Assembly: GCA_043800345.1 (NCBI GenBank)
Contig: JAZDNB010000009.1
Coordinates: 27,340-91,339, forward strand
Source of the DNA: Candidatus Omnitrophota bacterium
GTDB lineage: Bacteria > Omnitrophota > Gorgyraeia > VGKN01
Direction of reading: 5' to 3'
DNA length: 64,000 nt
The translations under genes were made by a program, and so were the position numbers. Under the pieces are notes generated by a model that was not told the DNA's origin, did no database searches, and was given only the letters and a program-made list of their open reading frames with translations. Of this stretch, positions 34,427 to 46,400 are shown piece after piece; position 1 is the first letter of the stretch; every line of letters starts with the position of its first letter.

Positions 34427-37400
34427 ATGATAGACTGGCAAACAGGAAATAAAAAATTTTGGATTCGCATAATAGCCATTATAATAGCCGAGGTTTTCTT
34501 TTTCACCGGTTTTGACCTTCCATGGGAAACTAATAGCCTGGCATACGCGGCCAGCGAAAAACTAGTTCCCCCCCTTAAGACCGATAAGGAAGGAACGGAT
34601 AGCAGAGAGGAAAATAGGGCAAATGTAATTAGTGCGTCTCTCCTTGTCTATTCGGAACTTTTCCCTCAATTATCCCCCCGCGAGATAATGCAGAAAGTTT
34701 CTAATGAACTGTGTTTTCCCATCACCTGGTACAATGCAATGGGTACCTTTCTGGAAGAGGAAAATGTTAACCCCCGCCATTATATTTTTGAAATTGGAAA
34801 TAAATATTATGAAGTAAAACTGGACATAGTAGAAAAAACCGTGATACAGCATCTAAGAGAGGTGCAACAAATAGTTATGGCACAAAAAATACAGCAAGGT
34901 GAATTTGTGTGTTTAGCTGATATTGTGCCTCAGGGATTGTTGACCGAAGCCAACCAAGGTAAGGCCAACATGAACATTTCCGAAGTAACCCTTCCGGAGG
35001 GAGTACACACTGTATTTAAAGTTGATGACGAAGGAAACATGAATATGGTATCGCAAGATGCGTTGCTAGAAGAAGCCAGAGAGGGCGTAGAATATAACAG
35101 CCTGTTTTTAAAAGTAGGTACGGTTGCCTATATAGTTTTATTAAGGGTCGGACTAGGTGCCGTAGGACCGGAGAATTTACCAAAAGAATTAGTAGAGATT
35201 ATCGGCACTAAAGCAGTAGAAGAATTATTGGCGTTAGATATGGCAAGACATGAAGAGCTTGGTTCGCTCGATGCTCCTTTCGTGCTTCGGTTCATGGATG
35301 TAACTGCTGCCTCTGAAACTCATTTTATGCTTGTAGAGAGCAAGGGAGGAGCGCTCCTGGATAATGAAGCGCGAAATATAACGGTGCTTGAAGTTGAAGC
35401 GGCGAATGTTGATTTTCCAGAATGGATGTGGCCGCGGCCTCACTCACCTCCGCAAGAGAACTCTTTTTTAGTCGCAGTTCTTCCTATCAAGCTTTCTATT
35501 GCCTCTACTACTACGGTAGCGGGTCTATCTGAAGATAAAGATTCAAGAAGAGAAACTGCGGGATTTCCTTCTCAAGATGAGGCCCTTCAACTTGTACAAG
35601 AAGCAAGTCAACATTTAAAAAGGGATGGTATAGTAGCGATTGGAAGTGACCCTTCCAGCATGACTTTTTTGGCGCCACAAGCTGTTGACTCAAAAGCCTC
35701 ACCGCTTCAAACCATACATCCTCAACAAACAAGCAGTGCTATTGTTAATGTTTCAAACACTGCGGCAGCAACTCCTGAGTTGCAGATAATAACCAGTACA
35801 ATAACGCCATCTCAGGAATTTACACCACCCACAGCCACCACAGCAGCCGTTTTCCCTGCAGGAACCACAACTCTTTCTTCTCGACTACCCACGGACATAG
35901 CCGGCACAGTAACATCATCGCAGGAATTTACAGAACCTGTCACTACAGTTCTATCTGCAATATCTCCTGAGGCATCAGTAGCTTCTCCCAAACCGCAAGT
36001 AGCAGTCACTTCAGTAACGCCGTCGCAGGAATTTGCAGCACCCATAGCCGTCGCAGGAGCTGTTATATCTGCAGAAACCACAACTATTTCTCCTGAACCG
36101 CGAGTAGTAGCTAGTACAATAGTACCATCGCAAGAATTTGCGAAGCCCACTGCTACAGTAGAAACCGTTATATCTCACACTATTCCTGTTCAAGCAATAT
36201 CTGTACCTCTAGGAGAAGGGGTAAGAGAGAGAGCTCAAAGAGCAATTACACCTTTAGCCGAGCGATATAGACGAGAGTCGCTAAAGATGCGCGAAAAATT
36301 GAATACATATACACCGCTTGAAAAGGTGTTGTCCGAAGAAATCCTGCCCGAACTAAAAAGATTATTTACACAATATCTTGAACATCCTGAGACTAGCAGG
36401 GAAAGTGGGCCTATTGCGGCGTTTCTTGTTTCTGGAGAAAGCGGAAGCGGGAAGACAACAAGTGTGAAACTAGCCAAAGAATTGTTTATTAAGGAATTAA
36501 CTGCTCTTGCCCTTAAAAAAGGCCGACAAATCGTAGAACCCGTTCTGCACTTACTTTTTGATGACTATATGTTACAGCAAGAAGATAGACCTATTGATCC
36601 CGCGACAGACAAAACTACAGAAAATCCACTTGAGAAATTTCAGATAGAAAGATTCCTGAAAGATTTGACAGCCCTCTTAAAAGGAAAAACAATCTATAAG
36701 CCCGTGTTTGATTCTGATACCAGAGGCCGTGTTAAGTTTGGATTAGATGATAGGGGGATATATGTGGTAAGCGGCTATGTTAAATTTGGTGATGAACGGA
36801 AAGAACTTAAATGTTATATAGAAGTAGATAGTCACACGCAAGTACCTTATCTTGTATTCGAAGGTAAACGATATACAGAGATGCCTTTTAGCTCAATCCC
36901 GATATCCGTTCGAAGGAATGAAAAAGGGAATATCGTTGTCAATATCAGGGGGAGCGATAATGTGATTATTAGTAATGAAGCAGGAGATATTTTTGTTTCT
37001 GCGGGTGATGTCAAGAGAACTCTCGAAAAAGAGAAACAATTAGAGGCGCTTGAAATAATATCACCCCAGGACAAGGTATTGATTATAGAGGGAATTTTGA
37101 CACTTTTTGATAAGGATTTGTGTGACAGATGCCTCACTATGGCGGTGAGAGGAGATTTTGATGCGCGCATACTACGCCAGCTTATCAGAGCGAGTAAAGA
37201 AACAGGACGTAAAACAAGTGACGAGGAATTTATTCGGCATCGTATCGAACTGGTAAATCAGGAAGAGGTTCCCTATGTTATTCCTACACTGAAAAATGCA
37301 CAATGGACTGTTACTACTCTCTCCCGCTCGGAGGCTATTTATGTTTTGTATAGGCATGGACAGCTAGAAAATCCTACTGCCAAGGTTCGCGGTGTCCTTA

Positions 37401-40400
37401 GACAATTAAGAATAGATCCTGCCGATTTAATGAAAGATTTACGGGATGTATATTTTGATGTGATTAAGGCCAGGTTAAGAACCGGGGGCGGTATAGAAAG
37501 CGAAACCACTGGCACTTCATTCAAGGTATTTATTGATACCGCAGGTCTGGTAATCAAGGTTCCTTTGGCGTCGTTTAGAAAAAAATTTGAAGATGAATTT
37601 ACCTCATTTTTCAATACCATTCTTAAAAAGAGGTTGGGCGGTATTATGGTACCGGGAGCTATAGTTAATTTAGGCACTGGCGGTTTGGGGCTTCATGTAA
37701 AACGATATGTAGGAAATGAAGAGAGGGAGCTGGAATGGGTTCTTATTCAGAATAGAGTAGAGCCACTGCGTACAAGGATTACAAGACTGGTTGCTCATGG
37801 TAACATAACCAAAGCCAAGCGGTTAATAGACCAGTATTTTGCACTTCAAAAAGAAATGTGGGCGCGGGGAGTTTTAGACACAGATCCAAAATTTATGGAA
37901 AAATACGGGCTCATGATTATTAACGGAGAAGAACGCTTGGTAGTGATCGGGGTAGACGGTTTGACTGCCAATGCCGATTTGTATGATCAGGAATTATATA
38001 GAAAAGATACTATACGTCCTGTTCATAAGAATCTCCCCTCTGTTGAACTTTTACAATATTATTACAAACAAGCAAACCAAATGCCATCTAAGGAAGATTT
38101 TATAGCGCGTCATTTTGAAACAAGAGAAGGAATGAAAAGAGCGCATACAGTGCCCGACATATCGGATATTGAAATAGCAAAGGAGCAAATGGGCCTTATT
38201 GTCTCAAGAGTAAAAGATGCTAAGATAAAAAGATTAAGAGAACTTTTTAGGACCATACGTTACGGCGCTGACAATCCATTTATTTACTGGGTGAAATTAT
38301 ATCTGGATACTATGTACGCCGATGCACCCCAATATAAAGTTGTAAATTCCCTCTACGAACAACTATTAAAATCTCCGAGTCTGATAGGGGCAGGACGTAT
38401 TGACGTTACATCGATAAGCGACTTAATTAAGGCTATGCCTCAGGCTGCTGAGTTGACCGCTTCTGAAATATACAATATTGCTGATGATATAAGTTCTTAC
38501 ACTCTGCTTCCAACAACAGAAAGTAAATCGGTAGCAAGCGCTCCTTCGTCCATCACAGCCGTCTCATGGCCTAATTTTATTGCGGGGGCATTAGCGGCAG
38601 GAATTATAATCATCCTGCAATATATGAATGTACTCCCTTACCAATATCTCGGCCTTATAAGCTTTATTTATTTTATTTCATTTTTGATTATCCACGAGCT
38701 TGGCCACTGGAAAGATACCGGATTTAGGAAATTTCCTCTCGGGGAACTTTTCAGTAAAGAAGGTATCTCCATACCGGGCTCGGAGGGCCTTTCGGGTATC
38801 AGGATTTCTTTTGCTTTCTTTATCGCCTCCATAGCGTTATTTGCGCTCTCTGCGATTTTCTTACCCCATTACGCAATATATCTTCTGCCCGCCGTTATCA
38901 TAAATTTTATCTATGCTGCTTCAATAGGAGATTGGAAAGATACACTGGCTAAAGTTCGGTTATCAGAACTCCAAAAGGGTACGGTAACCGCAGAAGAAGA
39001 TATTACCTTTTCAATAACAAGGGATTTTGCACAGAAATTTGTGCAAGGTGTCTATGATAATCTTGTGCCCGATGTTCTTAAACGCGTACGGGAAGGCGCA
39101 AGATTAAAACCGAGCATAAAAGAGGACGTGTTTAGTATCAATCCGATGGATGTCTCGGAGAATAGGCGTCTTATGAACAAGGCGCTTGATGATCTAATTG
39201 AGCATGAAGGGGACAGTGTTGAATTTACCATCCTTATGGGAGGACTGGCATCCCGCATGAGGAAAGAGCCTCCCGGAGAGCCTACTCAGGCATTGTTGCG
39301 GGATTATGTAACATGGTTATATAGCCAAGGGTTTGACCCCTTCGCATGGCTTCAGGAACGTTTGGGTATCTCGATAGATAAAAACGATATTAATGCACTG
39401 GCCTTAAATTATCCCACGAAAGGCATAATGCCTGTCGGCGTAGACGGGGAAGGCAGGTTTATCACCAAGGTCGGGGAATTTGCTATCGGTATTCGCAGGT
39501 TACAGGAACTTGTGAATGAAGAACGCAGAAGGCGCGGTAAGGCCGGGAACCCTATTAAATTCAAGATTATTTTAGCCGGAAACGAAGAGGCATATGATGC
39601 GGTTATGGATTGGGACCTTAGGGTCAATAATTACTATGGCCTTGAGCCCGGTCAATTTGAGCCTGCCAATGAGGTATTAGGGCGTTCTTTCGTATCCACG
39701 CCGGAATATGTGATGCGATATGCAGAAAATTTTGGCGGCCGTGACAGCGAAAGGTTTAAAAAAGCCATGCAGGCCGCAGAAGAGAGAAAAGGGGAGGTAC
39801 TTCCGGAGCTGACACCCTGGGGTCATGCTGAGTTTTTAATTCAGACCATCTCAAGCGGCCGCATTATAGAAAAAGCGAGGCGCGGTGCCTTTGCAAACTT
39901 TGTGCGCAATGTTGATAATAGCGGTGCAAAGATTGACTGGATGTGGCTTGTGGAATACGGAAAGGCCCTTGAGGCTCGCGAGCAGGGCAAGGAAATCGGC
40001 TTGGCCCTTGAAGTGAGCCAGCGTCCGCAGGGCGCAAGCGGAAAAGGCGGAGGATATTTTAAACTCGAAAAAGATGGGGAAACCCGCGATATTGTCCTTG
40101 AAGATTCGATATTGCAGATGGTGCGGAAGAATATCCGTCAGAGCGATTGTGCGCAGCTTGAAGAGAGAGGGTTTCATGTTGTTGTCGTTAGGGAGTATGA
40201 TTCAAAAATTATACCGAAGCTTGAGACACAAAAAGCTATGGTGCTTGATGCTTCCCAAGAACTTATTGACCTTCTTCCGGAAGAGATTATAACTACTCGC
40301 GGTACGCGATTAACTAAAGATAAAGTTTTAGAATGGATAAAAGAATACGGGAACACGCTCCCGCTCAACAAACGGCTTGAGATTTATTATAACCCGCAGA

Positions 40401-43400
40401 CAAAAGAAGTTGTGGCATATGAACAGCTGGTAGACCGCAGCTCATATTATGTAAATAATGCGGTAGGCACACTCTTCTGGGATGTTATATTAAAAGATAT
40501 TTTTGGATCATCGGTTGAAGAAATACTTGCGCTGGAGTCTCTTCCTGCGCAAAAGCAAAGGGAAGAGCTGCACAGAATAGCGGAACAGGGCCGTGTTAAA
40601 GCAAATCTTATTTTTGAACCCAAACCGCGCGTTACCGAAGACGAGGTAATCCCCATTATCCGCCCGGAAGGCAATATGTGGGACCTCTTAAAAGCAGTGC
40701 GGACGCTGGTGATAGGAGTAGAGTCGACCGAATCAGCGGCGCGCTCTATTGCTATGGATCCGGAAAATTCCAGGAGTTATGAAGAACAGACCCGTTTTGC
40801 GCCTGTCAAAAGCTGGCTGGATTCTGACCTGTATGCAAAAGATCTCAATAAGACCATCCTTGATTATATGCTTTACGGAGATATTTTCAATCCTGCTTCG
40901 GCCCTGCCCTATCCCCGTAAGGCTCAGGAAATGAGCATAGCGGAACTTTTAGTGGAATATCTTCACAAGGTTCCAGGTTCGGAACATTATTTTGATCACC
41001 CTCTTATGCGCGAAAATTTAATCTCTTATTTAGACGGCAGTCCGCACATCGCCGTTCCTTTAGCGTCTACTTCTGAAAAAATCAAGGTATATGCGGTTCG
41101 TGCAGACATGGGGGTTATTCTTATTGCGCTCAATCTCGGAGAATTTACATATCCGGATCCGCGCGACGGCCGCCAGAAGGCATGGACCTCGCTTTACGGA
41201 AGGAAGAGCATTGAAACAGTGTTGGGCAGAGAGTCATTGGATGAATTGGGAAGCGTTTACCAGGCACAGGATGTTGTTACCTCAGAGGTTTATAGAAGGT
41301 ATACCGTCGCCGATTTAGTAAGAGACGGTCTTGATATCGGAATACCGGAACCCGGTATTCATATAGTACGTTTGACTCCCACAGGCCAGATCAATGAAGG
41401 CGTTGTTCAACCGGTTCCCAGCGAAGATTTTTCTGATATCCTTGCCCTTGCCGTAAAAGGGGCAGTAGCCGGAGAGTTGACGGCAGCCGAGAAGATAGGC
41501 CAAGAAATTTTGAGATTATCCGAAGAAAATCCCGCTCTGCTTAAGACAAAACTGCAGGAGATTACCCGCCTTAGCCCGGAACGTGCGCAGGAAAAATTCG
41601 GATCTGACGGAATATGTGCGGTTATGGCATTAATAGCCACAGTTATACCCGACTTATTGATTGATATGAAGGATTGGAATAGAGAAACATATGATGCCCT
41701 GAGCGATATAGTTACCTATAAAGACAATGCCGATTTATTCAGAGAAGGAAAACTTACTATCCACCTGACAGATCGCAAAACTGCCCTTGTGATTTCCAAG
41801 TCATTTAAAGACAGGCGTCTTTTTATCCCCATACACTTTGCATCGCGTCCTTATCGCCTTACTGACGGTAAAGCATGGTTTAGGATATTGGATCTGGACT
41901 CGGTAGGCGTGTATTCAGACAGGACGTGTTACAGGGTCTATGATTATACGCTTATGCACGAAGAAGGGAAAAGAGGCGGTTTTTATGCTACAGAACATGT
42001 CGGTGAAGATCTTGTCGAGAACGGCTGGGCAATAGGAGTTCCCGTGATTAATGTCGGGACAAAGACAGAGCAGAATGCCCCGCTTCGTTTCCAGATTTTA
42101 GAACTTTACAGGGTGAGTATTGATACGACGTTGACTGGTCCTAGAATTATGGCCGAGATAGTATCTTCTGCTAGCATGCTTACACAAGGGAGAACGTTAA
42201 GAGATGTATTACACAAAATCTCTTCCGTTATTTCCAGATTACAAGTTAGTATCAGTAATCCAAAGACATTACGTAAGCTCTTCTTCTTGCTGGTAATAAG
42301 TGGTTTTGTTTTATTCTTATTAACGGGATGTGCTCCGACCCCGACCGTTAGCGAGAAACCGTTTCTTTTAACACTCATGGAAAATACTGTTAAACTAGCG
42401 CTGTATCTTATTGCAATTGCTGTCGCTGTCTTTGCCGTGATTATTTATGCTATTAGCGGGTTAATAAGCGAAATTATACGTCTCTTTGTAAGAAGAATTA
42501 TGCCCCTATTGCGATCTAGCATTAAAAAACAATCTCCCCATATAGATGTTACAGGACCTCCGCTTCCTTCAGGCCCATTATTTGAAAGATTGTGGGAAGG
42601 AATAGGAGAGTTAACCCCTGACTGGGAAAGAATGACTCTCGTAGCCAATGTGGTACTTGAGCTTATGCAGGCTCGGGAAGAACCGGTGGCACTCGATGAT
42701 CTTTTAGGCCCGTGCCTTGCCCTCCTTAGTGCACATGGTTTTTTTGACACCCCTGTTAAGGTCAGTGAATTATTACATCGCCTGGTAGCGTGCGGTGCGC
42801 TCAGGGAAGAAGGCGGAAGATATGCACTGGCATTACCGGCGCGCATAGTTGCGGTTAAGACAGATAATGTGTATTACATACTAAAAGATATTAAAACTGC
42901 ATTGGACAATATACGAGGCAGAAAACAGGAGGCCTCGGTTAATTTAGAAAATATTATCAGAGAGTATGCGCAGGCAGCTGAATTATGGCCTATGTATCCG
43001 CTAGAGAATCGTTGGCCTATTTTAAGAGCGGTGGCCCTGCTTGATAAAGCTGACCAAAAGCTTTTGATACGCTTCCTTAAATCAAAACCGTCATTACAGA
43101 AATATTACCTTGTCGATTCAATACTGCTTATGTGTAAGGAATTGTCGAAAAATTGGCTTAAGACCCAGGCTTCTCATTTGATAGGACGTACTGTTTACTA
43201 TATAACCAGCGAGTGCTGGCATCTTGCAGGGGGGCTTGGCCGCGTATCGCAATATCATACTGCGGCAATGAAGCAATTGGTCGGAAACAATGCACAAGTT
43301 GCCACAATAGAGCCGTACTATCGTTATAGGCTTAATAAGAGCGGTGAATTAGAAGAAATTGATTACGGTAGTTTACCAATACCCGTTGAGGATCTTCGAG

Positions 43401-46400
43401 CAGAGCCTATTTTTGAATATGAAGTAACCGTCAAAGGAAAACAGGTTACTGCGCAGGTTTTTAAGGGAAAAAATAAGTTAGGTCTAGAGGTTTATTTGAT
43501 AAGAGACAAGGAAGACTATTATACGCGGATGCTCTATAGATATAGTCAATATGGTACGGCAAGCTGGGAAGAATTTTCCGAGTTCATATCCAGAGCCTCG
43601 CTGGAACTAGTAGAGCGGTTAGAATCCGAAAACAAAAAGAAAATGGGAAACAACTGGAAGGCGCCCGTGGTCATTGCAAACGACGGACAACTGGGGGTCT
43701 TTCCTCTTTTCAGGCGTATGCATTATGCCGCAAGCGAGATATTTGGCAATATCCTCGTTTGGTTTGTTACGCATACGTATAAAAATAGGGGTGTTTTTGA
43801 AGGCCGTGATGCAACCGGCCTGGGCTTAAATAATGCGGATAGGGCAAGTACGGTGAGTGCCGTAATCAGAGATGATGTTGCGCCGCGCGATCCGCAGGTA
43901 GCATTAACAGCAGTAACAAACGGCGATAATAGGGAATATTCGGCAAAGGTATTCAGGGAGATATTGCTTGGTTTATTCCCCGATGCGGATGTAGAAGAGC
44001 CTACTATAGAACAGATAATAGCCGCAAAACAGGAAGCCAAGCGCAGGTTAAATCTAAATCCCGACCAGATTGTAATCTCGTATTCCGGCAGGCTTGTTGA
44101 AGAAAAGGCGGGACGTAAAAGGGCATTTACAGATTCCAATATACTGGATTGGGTCAAAGCAGGGGCGCAGGTGATTATCTATGGTAATGTGCAGGCGCAC
44201 ACACAGGCTATGTACGATGATCTGAAAGCACTTGAGGCAAGATTAAATACAGCAGGTTATCCCGGGAAACTTATCGTAATGACGGGTTGGGGCATTACCG
44301 AACAGCTTGATTTATTAGCGGCAACCGATATCCAGGTCCAGGATTCTGACCGTGCGACAGGGGCCTCTGAATATACCGAGGCAGATATCTCGGCTAACGG
44401 AGGACTGCAATTTGGTCCGCCCTGGCTTGAGGGAATCATACAGCGCCAGGGTGTTGTCTTAAACCGGAATGTTGCCGGTTGGGGTAACACGATAATTCCG
44501 AGGGATTATTCACCCGAAGCATATTTGGAAGCGCTTATGTGGGCAGTGAGCACTTTTAAAGAAAATCGTGAAAAATTTGCCGCATACCAGGCTACCTCGG
44601 TAAGGTTAAGCCGCATATTGGAGGCATTATTAACGGGCGCGGAATATCTAAGACAGTGTGATAGGGCAGTGCGCCTAAAAGAAAACCCGCTTGAGCTCTT
44701 GACAGATTTTATTAAAGGAGACAGGGATGTTGAAAGGTATTTAGGGACCGAACGTACAAAAGCAGATTTAGTGGGCTATTTAGACGCTAATGCCTCGGCA
44801 ACACCCAGGGAATTTCATGAAAAAGAAACTGCGATTTTCCCGCTCAAATCCATGGCAGAAAAAATCAAACTATATGCCGTGAAACTTTCGGGAGAAGTTT
44901 TTATCGTTGCCGTTAATACGGGAGAATTCCAATATCAGGGTCAGAAGATAAAAAAGGCATGGAGCCTACTTTATTCTACGCAGAGCCTTGAAGCACTCTT
45001 AGGAGGGGAGGATATCTATGAGCTCTTTAACGTATATCAGGTCGAAGATGCGGTATCTACCGTAGGCGAGCTTTATGGGCGCTATGCGGTATGGGAATTA
45101 TTAGACCGCGGCCTGTCTATCGGTGTACCTGAGCCGGGGCTGCAGATTCTGAGGCTAAGAAGAACCGAAGAAGTAAGAAAAATGCCGAAAAAAGAAATTG
45201 TAAAACAGAATATCCCGAATATGATAGCAGCCGCAATCAACGAAGAGATTATAGAAGGAACCAGCTCGCCTGCGGAATTGTTAACCCATATCATCCCGCA
45301 GTATGTCAACCGTCCGGATGAACTAAAAGATATACTGAGAGAAATTTCCGGCCTTGCCCTTGATGATGCGCGTGCGATGTTTTCCGAAGAGGGGATTCCC
45401 GCAGTTATGGCATTTGTCGGTTTTCTCGTTCCGGAACTTCTTGAGGAGATGAAGGACTGGAATAGCGAGGTCTATAGTATGCTTGATTCGGCGATAAATA
45501 ACGGATTAAACCGGGATTTATTCAGGGAAGGAGAAATCGGATTTCACAAGGCAGACAGAAACACTGCCCTTGTGCTTTCGAGGACTCTTAACGGCCGTCG
45601 CATATTTGTCCCCATCCATTTTGCGAAAAAACCGTATGATGAAGCAGAAGGCAAGGTGCGCTTTAAAGTAGACGGAATGGGTGCGTTGGGTTATGAAGGG
45701 CAAGCTACCCATACGATATTTGACCATATCATGCGATCCTTTTATCCTCCACTATATACCGGTGATGATTTAGCGCGCGGATGGAGGATAGATATTCCCG
45801 TGGTTTCAGGCAAGAAAGATACCAATGGTTTTATTCAGCACGGATGGCGTTTTCAGATTTTGGAAATAGACGCACCCGTGAGTGCGTGGGATATTGTTGA
45901 TCAATTAGGCGAGAGTGCCGCGTCAGCATTAGAATATTTCATTACACCAAGGCAGGCGAAAGACAATAAAACTATTTGTCAGATTGCAACGAGGTTTGTC
46001 GGGCCGTGGGATGAAATAGAGACAAAGATACTTTCCGAGGTAGAAACATTGGGGCTGCCTAAAAATGCCCTTGTACATCTTGTGGGCGCGCTTCCCGTTG
46101 GAATGATGAGCCACAAGTTGAATGATTTCCAGATACCTCATGATGGCAGGGCGACAGGTTTATATTGGTTGGACGTAGAGGGTAAAGGCAAGGTCGTTAT
46201 TAAAAATCCGTATAACGGCCAAAACGGCATGACTGCTTCAATGTTTTCCATTACTGATCCGGCAGGGAACAAGGGTAAGATAGCGTCCATCGCTGCAAAA
46301 TTACATGAGGCAGGGTATCGGGCAGTAATTGATTTTGCCGGTCATGTGGCGGTTGACAGTCCGATTGTTTTCGAACATCCGGATTGGTTTAAGCCATATT

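Noticed and set aside
35770-36180. Periodic repeats as a CRISPR array
   Set aside because: They are in-frame, degenerate coding repeats without conserved repeat/unique spacer structure or cas genes.
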